DNA of 64,000 bases from a virus (IMGVR_UViG_3300002461_001191); one strand, 5' to 3'. Shown: positions 7,179 to 15,983, counted from the stretch's first letter. Translations and numbers: made by a program. The notes: generated from the letters alone by a model not told the origin.

Positions 7179-7253
7179 TGGCGCATAGTGTAATGGTCAG
7201 CACAATTGACTTTGAATCAGTTGGTTCCAGTTCGAATCTGGATGCTCCTGCCA
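7179..7253 (+). tRNA. tRNA-Gln(UUG), type a copy 2 (CCA encoded; U1.U72 and C4.U69 mismatches)
   Basis: TGGCGCA-TA-GTGT-AATGGTCA-GCAC; anticodon stem ATTGA/TCAGT; loop CTTTGAA; TCCAG-TTCGAAT-CTGGA; TGCTCCT-G-CCA. Confidence 0.55.
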
Positions 7254-7340
7254 AAAAACTTTGAAATACATAAATTGCTTGAACTTATTAGTTTAAGTTT
7301 GAACTATTGATTATTATAAATTTCAAGTTAAAATGTCTTT

Positions 7341-8216
7341 ATGGACAATATTTATTTAGATAATGAATCTTATTTGAAAAAATCTATAGAGAATAAATTT
7401 TTAGATAGTTATATCATCAATATATGTTCTGATGAAAACAGCTTGCTCCAAATCAATCAAGAGGATTGTGATTTTATAAAGAGTAACTGGGAAAATATCA
7501 AAGATTTTAACTCTGTTAGTTCTTGGTCTGAAAACAAGTACCTTATTCCATCATGGTTTTTATTGTTATCTCATGAAGAGCTTGCTTACAAGCTTATAGA
7601 ATCTAAAATTTTCCCTGAATTATTTAAAACCACAAAGGAAAAGTACCATCAACATATAGATGCAAGTCATTTTTTAAAGACAAGTCCTTTAAACGTAATC
7701 AATGATGAGTCTTTATTGAATGTTTTAAACATGCCTTGGATGTTTAGGGATGATGTGAAAATTTTTGATAGAATATTGGACAGACAAGATATGTTCAGTC
7801 CAAAAGAGTTTGTGTGTGATTATATTTATAAGAAACATATGATTTTGACTAATCAATTTGTTAAAGATTTATTGTTTGAAAGTAAATACAGGCCTAATGT
7901 GAAAGAGTTGATAGAGATAGATCAAAATTTGTTAAATATGAAAAAAGGAATGATTTCATCAATCGTACATGGTGCAGCAGTCAATAATGATATAGAAAGT
8001 GTTTTGAATGCTGTAGATCTGGTGAATGATTTGTGCAATATTGGTTTAAAAGATGTTATTTTTGATTTAATGAAGCCAAATCAAAAATCCAATTTATCAT
8101 ATTATGTGAATACAAATGACAACATATTTACACAAATATACAAAAAGAAAAACTTCTTTACTCAACTCAATGACTCTATGGATGTAAAACAAGACAGGTC
8201 AAAAATGAAAATTTAA
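7341..8216 (+). CDS. hypothetical protein
   Basis: 291 aa ORF. Confidence 0.4.
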   Translation: MDNIYLDNESYLKKSIENKFLDSYIINICSDENSLLQINQEDCDFIKSNWENIKDFNSVSSWSENKYLIPSWFLLLSHEELAYKLIESKIFPELFKTTKEKYHQHIDASHFLKTSPLNVINDESLLNVLNMPWMFRDDVKIFDRILDRQDMFSPKEFVCDYIYKKHMILTNQFVKDLLFESKYRPNVKELIEIDQNLLNMKKGMISSIVHGAAVNNDIESVLNAVDLVNDLCNIGLKDVIFDLMKPNQKSNLSYYVNTNDNIFTQIYKKKNFFTQLNDSMDVKQDRSKMKI

Positions 8217-8312
8217 TTTTAATGTAGGATTTAAGCTACAAAAAAAGATTGGTCATTTGAAAATACAAAAAAATATGTTATGATTGACCTATTGTTCACT
8301 TAGGAGAAACAT

Positions 8313-8744
8313 ATGAAAAAATTCTATACTCTCGGTATTGTTCTTGCTGCTACCATTATGACTGGTTGTGCTACGAATCAGCCTTATGCAAATCAAGGCT
8401 ACAACAATGGTAATGGTTATGCATACGGAAATTCAAATGGCTACAATAACAATCAACCTAACATGGGTGGTGCGGTCTTAGGTGGTGCAGCCGGTGGCTT
8501 GATTGGTTCACAAGTTGGTAATGGAAGTGGATCAGTAGCTGGTGCAGCAGCAGGTGGTGCTATCGGTGCTGTAGCTGGTTCAGGTTGCAAGAGTGTCAAT
8601 GGTGGACAAGTCGCAGGTGCCTTGATTGGTGGTTTGCTTGGATCACAGATTGGCAGAGGTAGCGGTCAAAAGGCGGCTGCTGCTATTGGTGGTGCAACAG
8701 GTGCCATGGTGGGCAATGAGATGGCTGGTGGTTGTGTTCGTTAA
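8313..8744 (+). CDS. glycine-zipper outer-membrane lipoprotein (17-kDa surface antigen/SlyB-like)
   Basis: Signal peptide with lipobox MTGC; Gly-rich GxxxG zipper GGLIGSQVGNGSGSVAGAAAGGAIGAVAG; strong GGAG RBS. Confidence 0.55.
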   Translation: MKKFYTLGIVLAATIMTGCATNQPYANQGYNNGNGYAYGNSNGYNNNQPNMGGAVLGGAAGGLIGSQVGNGSGSVAGAAAGGAIGAVAGSGCKSVNGGQVAGALIGGLLGSQIGRGSGQKAAAAIGGATGAMVGNEMAGGCVR

Positions 8745-8760
8745 TTAGTCAATTCAATAA

Positions 8761-8955
8761 TTGGACACCATTATGTTAATTTTTGTTATCCTATATGTAA
8801 TTGTAGGATATGTATTCTACAGGGCTGTACTTGCTTCAAAAGGCAATAACCCTGTTTTGTGTGGAGTTTTTTGGATTTTTTGGATTATGTGCTTGCCTTT
8901 AATCCTATTATATAGTGAAGTAATTAAACCTTATCTGAAGAATAAGAAACAATAA
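8761..8955 (+). CDS. small membrane protein (2 TM)
   Basis: 64 aa, two hydrophobic helices. Confidence 0.25.
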   Translation: MDTIMLIFVILYVIVGYVFYRAVLASKGNNPVLCGVFWIFWIMCLPLILLYSEVIKPYLKNKKQ

Positions 8956-8989
8956 GTTATCAAATTTTAATTTTTAAAGGAGTATAGTT

Positions 8990-9187
8990 ATGCTTTGTAC
9001 ATATTGTGGAGTAAATGTTAGAGGAACACCATGCCAATCTGCTAAAAATGCAGCAAATTGTGCAAATAATCGTGGTCGTGAAACTGATGATTGGGGCGAT
9101 GACAGGATTAGCTCATTTGCAACACAAAATCAATTACATCAAAACTATAATCAGTTTAGTGAAGTTCTAATGAAAGAAATTAAATAA
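8990..9187 (+). CDS. small Cys-rich hypothetical protein
   Basis: 65 aa ORF with AAGGAG RBS. Confidence 0.3.
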   Translation: MLCTYCGVNVRGTPCQSAKNAANCANNRGRETDDWGDDRISSFATQNQLHQNYNQFSEVLMKEIK

Positions 9188-9203
9188 TAATTTAAATTTT
9201 ATT

Positions 9204-9234
9204 AAAAAAAGCTGTTTTTAAAACAGCTTTTTTA
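9204..9234. terminator. bidirectional rho-independent terminator
   Basis: AAAAAGCTGTTTT-taaa-AACAGCTTTTTT. Confidence 0.55.
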
Positions 9235-9235
9235 T

Positions 9236-9619
9236 TTAACGATTTGGTTTAGGTTTATCATCTTCATTGTTGATATTACTGCCTCTTCTGAGTCTATCAT
9301 TCATCTGTCCAATTGAAGCTGCTGTACTTTTAACCTTTTTGATGACATTGTTGTAGTCTTCATGGCTACCTATCCAAAACCATAGATATCCATGTTCACC
9401 TTCTGGTGTTGTTATTTTCTTCGCAAGTGCTCTATGTTTTCTACCTACTTGTGCACTGTATACCTCGTTATCTGCAATATTAAGAGGTTTAAACTCAACA
9501 GTATGCGGGTCTTTTTTCCATTTTTCAAAGCTATTTACTGCTGTATCTTGTATTTCTGGATTGAGTTTATGAAACAGTTTATCAAAGCTTTCAGTTTTTT
9601 TACTTATCGTCTTTTTCAT
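9236..9619 (-). CDS. RelE/ParE-superfamily type II toxin-like protein (with C-terminal extension)
   Basis: Family-typical layout: N-term helical region then beta core ...KPLNIADNEVYSAQVGRKHRALAKKI...YLWFWIGSHEDY. Confidence 0.45.
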   Translation of the reverse strand: MKKTISKKTESFDKLFHKLNPEIQDTAVNSFEKWKKDPHTVEFKPLNIADNEVYSAQVGRKHRALAKKITTPEGEHGYLWFWIGSHEDYNNVIKKVKSTAASIGQMNDRLRRGSNINNEDDKPKPNR

Positions 9620-9648
9620 TTATTTATTCATTAATAATTTTTATCTTT

Positions 9649-9828
9649 TTATCTTTTAATCTTTTTAGGGCTATCTGTATTAAAATCAGTTGTCTTACCT
9701 GTAGCAGCTTCAAAATCTGCATTTTTAAGTAAATGTTCAAGAGCTAATTTACCATCTTCTGATTCAAGCATGTCATCCCAAATTTGATTATCATTTTTTT
9801 CTTGTTTTTGATTGTTTTCTTTATTCAT
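9649..9828 (-). CDS. putative antitoxin partner (59 aa acidic protein upstream of toxin, same strand)
   Basis: Own translation: MNKENNQKQEKNDNQIWDDMLESEDGKLALEHLLKNADFEAATGKTTDFNTDSPKKIKR; 29-nt gap to toxin start. Confidence 0.3.
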   Translation of the reverse strand: MNKENNQKQEKNDNQIWDDMLESEDGKLALEHLLKNADFEAATGKTTDFNTDSPKKIKR

Positions 9829-9929
9829 AATTTAATTCCTTTGTATTATTTTCTCAAAATCAAAAGCTATTGTCAAAACTTGTTTTTTATATTATTTTTA
9901 ATATGTTGTTAAAAATGGAGTAAATAATT

Positions 9930-10355
9930 ATGGTTAGAAATCAAGAATTTGATGTTGTTTATAAAAATTGGATTAAATGGAATATTATTATTCCTTTTGT
10001 ATCTGCCATATTATTAATTGTTGTAGCATTTATAAGTGTATTTGCTTTAATGGCGTCTCAAATTAACAACATAGATTTCTTTTTTTATGAACATCTTCAT
10101 TATGCAGTTCTTTTGATTGTTGTGATGTTCTTAATTTTCGTCGGATCATTGTTTTTGCTTTATAAATACTTTAGAACAACTTGGGTTTTATTGAAATATA
10201 TGGATGATTTAGGAATTAAACCAATATTTGGCAAGAGCTTAGGATTGGTGGGGAATTTCGTTCTTTATTGTATAACTTCATTGTTTTTATTCATTATTCA
10301 TATTATATATATAATTGCTATATTTTTATCAGTAAGAAAATTTAATAAATTTTAA
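9930..10355 (+). CDS. hypothetical membrane protein
   Basis: 141 aa, multiple hydrophobic helices. Confidence 0.4.
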   Translation: MVRNQEFDVVYKNWIKWNIIIPFVSAILLIVVAFISVFALMASQINNIDFFFYEHLHYAVLLIVVMFLIFVGSLFLLYKYFRTTWVLLKYMDDLGIKPIFGKSLGLVGNFVLYCITSLFLFIIHIIYIIAIFLSVRKFNKF

Positions 10356-10406
10356 TAAACTTAGTGCTTTCGTGATACAATATTAAAGAAATTTCTAAAG
10401 GCTTTT

Positions 10407-12686
10407 ATGACAATTGCTCGTACTTGGGATGGGATTAATCTAATGAACTTTAAATTAGTTAATAAGAATAATATATTTAAAGAGGGTACTTTTGAAAATA
10501 TACTTGTGGAACAAGTAATCAAATTCTTCGAGCATGATTGTTACAATAGAGATACAGTAAAAGCTCCATTTTATGCTTCAGAGCATTATTTTTATGAAAA
10601 TATTCTTGCTTCAAGAATTCTAAAATATTTAAGTCAACATAAAATTGATATACCTATGGATATTACATTCAAGTCTCTTCTTGGACAAAAGGCTTGTTGG
10701 TATGCAAGATTGTCTGGTTGTATTGAAGCTAAAAAAATCACTGATGGAGTTTATCACGGATACAAACCTAATGTTCCAGTTTTCGGATTATATCTTGAGT
10801 CTGGTATCATTGATTTGCTCAAAGATTCTGATTTTATCAATAAATTAATTAAAACAAGTCCTACAAAAGATGGATTAAAACATTTAATTGAAGTAGCAAA
10901 GCTATCTTCTGCATTTAGACAACTATTGAGAATGCCAACAATTGAGTTTGATCCTAAAAATGAAAGTTCAATTTATCATAAAAGTAAATATAAAAATTTA
11001 AAAGTTAACAATATAAATATAAAAAATTATCAATCTTTTAATTTTCAAACATGGCCAGAAATAGAAAACATAGAGGTTGCAGCAACAACTAGAGGTATAT
11101 ATCATCATTTGGGAGATGATGTTGCTTTTATGTTAAGTGCAATGGAGTATGGTGATTTTTGTATATTGGGATCAGATGAGTTTGGTGATATTATACCTAT
11201 GTATTATTATTCTTATAATCTAATGAATACTGTTAGCTTTGATGACAATAGAATTTTTAGTTGGGAAGATTTTGATTATATTTATGGTGTACCAAGAATT
11301 AATGCTCTTTATCCATCTGCTAATAATGTTATATTTAAATATGCAAGTGAAGATAAAGATCAGTGCCTTATTAATAAAAAAGAAAATTCTGCTTTAGCTG
11401 GTGCTTTTTGGAATAATTCTGTATTTAATCAGTTATCAGGAAGAAATATAGCAACTAAAAGTTTGAAGGAATTATCTTTAGAGCTTAAACAATGTGTTGA
11501 AAAAGCAATTGAAAATAGTCAATTTGTAAAAAATAATGAAAATTTAGAAAAGTTTTTTTTAGAAAAATATTTTCATAACAAGTGCTTAGATCTCAATAAT
11601 CAGGATGAAGTAGATTTTTTAAACATTGCTAATTCTTTTATTAGAAAAAATTACTCTTTCTTTATAAAAACTGTTGCACAAAAAGTTAACTGTATGGTTA
11701 TTAATCCTGAAGAAAAAACACAGCTTGCTTTCTTTAAAAAATCAGGTGAAAGCAAAGCACCAGCGTACCTTGATTTGCTATATTTATTAAAGTTTTTTAT
11801 GACTCAATCAAAAGAAAATAAAGAGTTGGGATTGACTGTTGAGTTTTATCAAAAAGCTTTAATCAATTTTTTGTTAGGAGATAATCCTAAAGGATTTTGG
11901 GAGAGAGAATATATTCACTTATATAATTATTGGTTAAATTTAGATAAAAAATCATTTGTTGTATCTGATTTAGTTGAGATGAATAATGAGTATAGAATAT
12001 TTATTGTTAATGGTAAGATTGCTACAGGAACGCCATGCTACAGAAATACAACTCCATTTAATGCTTGGACAAAAGGAAGATTAGACCCAAGGTTATGTGA
12101 TGGACATAATGCAACAGAAATTAAATTGGATAATAGTACAAGAAATATTGCAGCAAAATATGGTCGTTTTGCTCGTAAGTTTTTGTCTTTAATGAACAAG
12201 GAATATCCAGAAATAAAAAGTTATGTTTTGGATGTTTGTATAAGTTATGATAAAGATAATAATATGGTAGTGATGCCAATAGAAGTTAATTCTATTAATA
12301 TGTCTGGAGCATATCAGGCTGATATGAGAAAAATATGTGCTGTGGTTGCTGGAAAGAAGTCAAACATATCAAGTTTAAATAATGTTTTTAATTTAGATTC
12401 GTTAATGTCTAATCCTATAGATTTTATTATCAATAAAAGTATATATTATGGTGCTGGAGATGATTCAATTAAAGGTGTTATAGAAGATGTATATGAAATA
12501 CAATCTGATATCATACAGGAAAAAATTAATCAAATAGATCAGAGAAATCCAGATAATTTAACAGATTCAGATGAGAATTATGATGATACTGAAACTAATG
12601 AGTTCCTTGATTTTATTGATAGTGTCAATAAACCAACAATTATTGATTTAGATGTAGATACTACAAATAAAAATGAAAAAATGTGA
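10407..12686 (+). CDS. large protein with C-terminal ATP-grasp-like domain
   Basis: EYRIFIVNGKIATGT ... VLDVCISYDKDNNMVVMPIEVNSINMSGAY resembles ATP-grasp strand motifs; paralogous to 29007-29918. Confidence 0.5.
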   Translation: MTIARTWDGINLMNFKLVNKNNIFKEGTFENILVEQVIKFFEHDCYNRDTVKAPFYASEHYFYENILASRILKYLSQHKIDIPMDITFKSLLGQKACWYARLSGCIEAKKITDGVYHGYKPNVPVFGLYLESGIIDLLKDSDFINKLIKTSPTKDGLKHLIEVAKLSSAFRQLLRMPTIEFDPKNESSIYHKSKYKNLKVNNINIKNYQSFNFQTWPEIENIEVAATTRGIYHHLGDDVAFMLSAMEYGDFCILGSDEFGDIIPMYYYSYNLMNTVSFDDNRIFSWEDFDYIYGVPRINALYPSANNVIFKYASEDKDQCLINKKENSALAGAFWNNSVFNQLSGRNIATKSLKELSLELKQCVEKAIENSQFVKNNENLEKFFLEKYFHNKCLDLNNQDEVDFLNIANSFIRKNYSFFIKTVAQKVNCMVINPEEKTQLAFFKKSGESKAPAYLDLLYLLKFFMTQSKENKELGLTVEFYQKALINFLLGDNPKGFWEREYIHLYNYWLNLDKKSFVVSDLVEMNNEYRIFIVNGKIATGTPCYRNTTPFNAWTKGRLDPRLCDGHNATEIKLDNSTRNIAAKYGRFARKFLSLMNKEYPEIKSYVLDVCISYDKDNNMVVMPIEVNSINMSGAYQADMRKICAVVAGKKSNISSLNNVFNLDSLMSNPIDFIINKSIYYGAGDDSIKGVIEDVYEIQSDIIQEKINQIDQRNPDNLTDSDENYDDTETNEFLDFIDSVNKPTIIDLDVDTTNKNEKM

Positions 12687-12835
12687 TATAATCCTTTATT
12701 AATTTAAAATGAAGGGCTATTATGGCTGGATCTAAATTTTTTATGTTGTTTGATGACTTGGCAACAATCCTTGATGATGTTGCTGCAATGAGCAAGTTGG
12801 CAACAAAAAAGACTGCTGGTATTGTAGGAGATGAT

Positions 12836-13348
12836 TTAGCATTGAATGCAAATCAGGTTGTTGGTGTATCTGCAAATCGTGGCTGCAATTTTGTTGTTAT
12901 TGAGTATTTTTGTAATTGATTTAGCATAATCTATGGATACCTGTAGATTGCTTGATGATCTTTTATTGTCAAAACTCAACTCAATCATAGGTGCAAGGTT
13001 AACATCAAGACACAGCCTTTTTAGTTCATTTGCAACAAAGTCAGCTTTATCCTGAGTGTATTTATCTTTCCAGTTTTGTTTGTGGTTGGGCAGTTTAAAG
13101 TGTTTAATTCTATAGACAACATCGTTTTCCTGATCTGTCATCATAAGTGCACTGGGGTAGAGTTTTTTAAGTTCACACATGGCACTTTCGGTTTTATCAA
13201 AATCTCTTTTGAAAAATATATAGCCACCAGACTTTTGATATTGGTGTTGCTCTGCTGTTGTAATGAAAAATTGTTCAAAATTGATGGCAGATTGAGCAAC
13301 TGGTGAGAATAAGCATATGCAGGATAAAAAAAAGTTTTTTTTGAACAT
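12836..13348 (-). CDS. secreted hypothetical protein
   Basis: 170 aa; signal peptide [21 protein letters not shown]. Confidence 0.4.
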   Translation of the reverse strand: MFKKNFFLSCICLFSPVAQSAINFEQFFITTAEQHQYQKSGGYIFFKRDFDKTESAMCELKKLYPSALMMTDQENDVVYRIKHFKLPNHKQNWKDKYTQDKADFVANELKRLCLDVNLAPMIELSFDNKRSSSNLQVSIDYAKSITKILNNNKIAATICRYTNNLICIQC

Positions 13349-13422
13349 GATGTTTTTTATTGAAAAAAAGAGAAAAAATCAAGATGCTTCTATTTATGAT
13401 GATTTTTTGCTAAAATTGAGGT

Positions 13423-14481
13423 ATGAATACTATTATGACAAATACAGATAAGGTTAAACAATTTGAAAAAAATTTTTATTCAGTGGTTAAAGAAAACAAT
13501 TTAGAGTTGCTGGAGTTTTTCTTGCTAAATTCTGATTTCCCTAAATATTCTCAATCATACAAACAAAGTGTGATGGACTATCTGGTATACAATGGTCACA
13601 AGTTCCCTAATTTTGATTTACCTTTGTGGTCTTTGACAAATGACTATATGGGTGTCAATGGTAATATACATGAGAATGCAGATAGACCTTTGAGACTTGC
13701 AGCTTCATTGAATGTGCCTTATGCAAAGTTTTTGTTGACATCAAATAAACTTAAAGAGCATGCCAATATAAATGAAACCAATGATGGCTCTAGTGCTATT
13801 TTAAATGCTATTCAAAGTGAAAATTTGGATTTTGTTAAGTTCTTACTGACAAGTAAAGAGTTAAAAATTCATGCAAAGCTCAATATATCAGATAAGCCAT
13901 TTAATGATCCGTTGTGTAAAGCATGTGAGGGTAAGAATAACGATATTTTAGAGTATTTGTTGAGTGAAGAGGCGTATGTCAATCAAGATGGATTTAGTCC
14001 TGTTGAGAATTTGCAAAGATTTCAAAATGAAACTTTTAAGAAATTAATTCGTCAAGATAACAAAGATATGATTCAGAAGATTTTACAATCTGACATTTTG
14101 GACATAAAAGAAAATGGTTATGATTTTTTATGTCAAGCAATTACTATAGACGCAAGAAAAACAACTGATTATCTATCTGATTTTTTAAATATACCTGTTG
14201 ATTTAATGAACATGAGATATAAGGATAAAAGTATCTTCTTCCACATTGCTCACACCGCCCACAATTCCAGAATACCGAAACATTCTTTTTTGCATGAGAT
14301 ATTGGAAAATCCCAACTTTTCAATTTCCTATGAAGAAATAGATGATATAGATAGCCTATACCATTATGGTGAAATTCAGACTGAAAAACTAATGGCTTAC
14401 ATAGAGAGGTTTGAAAAGATTCACAATATGGACAAGGTTTTACAATCAAAAGAACAATTACATAAAAAGCTTAAATTATAA
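13423..14481 (+). CDS. ankyrin-repeat-like protein
   Basis: Repeated ~33-aa units with ..PL.LAAS.N...KFLLTS / SAILNAIQS.NLDFVKFLLTS pattern. Confidence 0.35.
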   Translation: MNTIMTNTDKVKQFEKNFYSVVKENNLELLEFFLLNSDFPKYSQSYKQSVMDYLVYNGHKFPNFDLPLWSLTNDYMGVNGNIHENADRPLRLAASLNVPYAKFLLTSNKLKEHANINETNDGSSAILNAIQSENLDFVKFLLTSKELKIHAKLNISDKPFNDPLCKACEGKNNDILEYLLSEEAYVNQDGFSPVENLQRFQNETFKKLIRQDNKDMIQKILQSDILDIKENGYDFLCQAITIDARKTTDYLSDFLNIPVDLMNMRYKDKSIFFHIAHTAHNSRIPKHSFLHEILENPNFSISYEEIDDIDSLYHYGEIQTEKLMAYIERFEKIHNMDKVLQSKEQLHKKLKL

Positions 14482-14497
14482 GATTTTTTTTATCTGC

Positions 14498-14527
14498 TTG
14501 ACTTTTAAAATAAATTCAAGTTATAAT
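14498..14527 (+). promoter_or_regulatory. candidate sigma70 promoter TTGACT-N18-TATAAT upstream of aspS leader
   Basis: Consensus hexamers at 14498-14503 and 14522-14527. Confidence 0.45.
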
Positions 14528-14550
14528 GAAATTATATTAAGCTTTTAAAA

Positions 14551-14628
14551 ATGTTTATTCAAATTTTCTTCAACGATAATAACAATAATGATGCTGCACA
14601 GAGTGCTGGCAGATTGTTGTTTGTCTAA
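14551..14628 (+). CDS. leader peptide (25 aa, MFIQIFFNDNNNNDAAQSAGRLLFV) with 5 Asn + 2 Asp codons in a row
   Basis: ORF ends 25 nt before terminator; its 3' part CAGAGTGCT (14599-14607) is an exact copy of the terminator 3' arm, so AGAGTGCT can pair with the 5' arm AGCACTCT as an antiterminator. Confidence 0.5.
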   Translation: MFIQIFFNDNNNNDAAQSAGRLLFV

Positions 14629-14652
14629 AAGAAAAGAATCAACAAACTCAAA

Positions 14653-14679
14653 AGCACTCTAAAACAGAGTGCTTTTTTT
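14653..14679 (+). terminator. attenuator/intrinsic terminator (AGCACTC-taaaaca-GAGTGCT + T7) 30 nt upstream of aspS start
   Basis: Same family as 6115-6141 and 6270-6297 (AAAAGCAC.CTAAA.CA..GTGCTTTTTTTAT). Confidence 0.6.
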
Positions 14680-14708
14680 ATTGTCAAAAATTTTTAAGGA
14701 GATATCAA

Positions 14709-15983
14709 ATGAGAACATTAGTCAAAGAGTTGAAAGAGAAAATTGGTCAAGAGGTTAAGTTGTATTTAACTTTAGATGTTATGCGTAACCAGAAACATTT
14801 GCAGTTCATTCTAGCTCATGACAAGTCTGGTGCCATTCAGTTGGTTCTCTCCAAATCAAAAGTTCAAAACAATGAGGAAGTTGGACAGTTATTGCAAGGT
14901 TCAACTTTAATTGCTATAGGGGAAGTTGTCTCTGCAACCCAAAGTAAAACATTTGGGTTGGAAATACAGGTCAGCAGTATTGAGATAATGTCAAAAGCTG
15001 AAGCTTTTCCCATTACAGAAGAATCAAGTATTGACTTGAGGTTTGACTACCGTGCTGTTGATTTGAAATTCCCCAAACAACAGTTAATGTTAAAGCTTCG
15101 TAGTGCATTTGAGCAAGGGTGTCGTGAATATCTTTTATCAAAAGAGTTTACAGAAATTCATACTGCTAAATTAATGTCTAGAGCCTCAGAGAGTGGTAGC
15201 CAGGTATTCAAAGTGGATTATTTTGATAAAAAAGCTTTTTTGAGTCAGAGTCCTCAGGAAGGAAAAGAATTACATGTATCTAGCGGATTAGAGGGTGTTT
15301 TTGAAGTTGGTAGTGTATTCAGAGCAGAAGAGTCAAGATCATCTCGCCACTTAACTGAATTTATCGGTATAGATGTGGAGTTTGCTTGGTGTTTTGAAGT
15401 AGAAGAAGTCATGAAGATAGAAGAAGAGATGTTGTGCTATGCTTTTGCAAAGTTAGAACCATTTAAAGAAGAAGTGAAATCACTTTACAATCTTGAGTTA
15501 ACTACGAAGCCTACTGTAAAATACATGACTTTAGAACAAGCCAAGGTTATATTAAAAGAAAAATCTGGTATGTCTTTAGGAAGAGATCAGGATTTGCCAG
15601 ATGAAGGTGAAAGAATGCTATATGAAATTTTAGGTTTTGATTTGATTTTTGTATCAAACTATCCGATTGCAAAAAGGCCATTCTACCATATGTGGGAAAA
15701 AGAAAAGGGAACTACAAAAAGTTTTGACTTGATTTTCAAAGGTATAGAAATCACAAGTGGTGCTATCAGAGAGCATAGGCATGATATTTTTGCACAACAA
15801 GTAGTTCAAAAGGGTGTAAGTCTTGATTCAGTAGATAACTATTTGAAGGTGTTCAAATACGGATGTCCTCCACATGGTGGATTTGGATTAGGTGTAGAAA
15901 GGGTCATTGCCAAACTACTTGGATTGAGCAGTGTCAAGGAAGCTTCTGCTATGCCAAGAGACCCTGATAGGTTAATGCCGTGA
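14709..15983 (+). CDS. aspS: aspartate--tRNA ligase, archaeal/eukaryal-type (short, no GAD insertion)
   Basis: Class IIb: N-terminal OB fold; QSPQ flipping-loop motif; motif 2 FRAEESRSSRHLTEF; motif 3 GGFGLGVERV; C-terminal PRDPDRLMP; 424 aa. Confidence 0.8.
   Translation: MRTLVKELKEKIGQEVKLYLTLDVMRNQKHLQFILAHDKSGAIQLVLSKSKVQNNEEVGQLLQGSTLIAIGEVVSATQSKTFGLEIQVSSIEIMSKAEAFPITEESSIDLRFDYRAVDLKFPKQQLMLKLRSAFEQGCREYLLSKEFTEIHTAKLMSRASESGSQVFKVDYFDKKAFLSQSPQEGKELHVSSGLEGVFEVGSVFRAEESRSSRHLTEFIGIDVEFAWCFEVEEVMKIEEEMLCYAFAKLEPFKEEVKSLYNLELTTKPTVKYMTLEQAKVILKEKSGMSLGRDQDLPDEGERMLYEILGFDLIFVSNYPIAKRPFYHMWEKEKGTTKSFDLIFKGIEITSGAIREHRHDIFAQQVVQKGVSLDSVDNYLKVFKYGCPPHGGFGLGVERVIAKLLGLSSVKEASAMPRDPDRLMP

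Noticed and set aside
6300-7260. Repeated units in the tRNA region as a possible CRISPR array
   Set aside because: The repeats are tRNA genes of differing sequence with cloverleaf structure, not identical 25-40 bp direct repeats with unique spacers; no cas genes in the window.
5865-7340. tRNA array as the integration site of a genomic island or prophage
   Set aside because: No integrase, transposase, direct repeat of a tRNA 3' end or phage structural genes were recognisable nearby; an island call is unsupported.
12722-12919. 65-aa plus-strand ORF with a good RBS overlapping the 3' end of the secreted protein gene 12836-13348
   Set aside because: Possibly real, but it overlaps a longer signal-peptide-bearing ORF on the other strand and is not clearly coding; not called.
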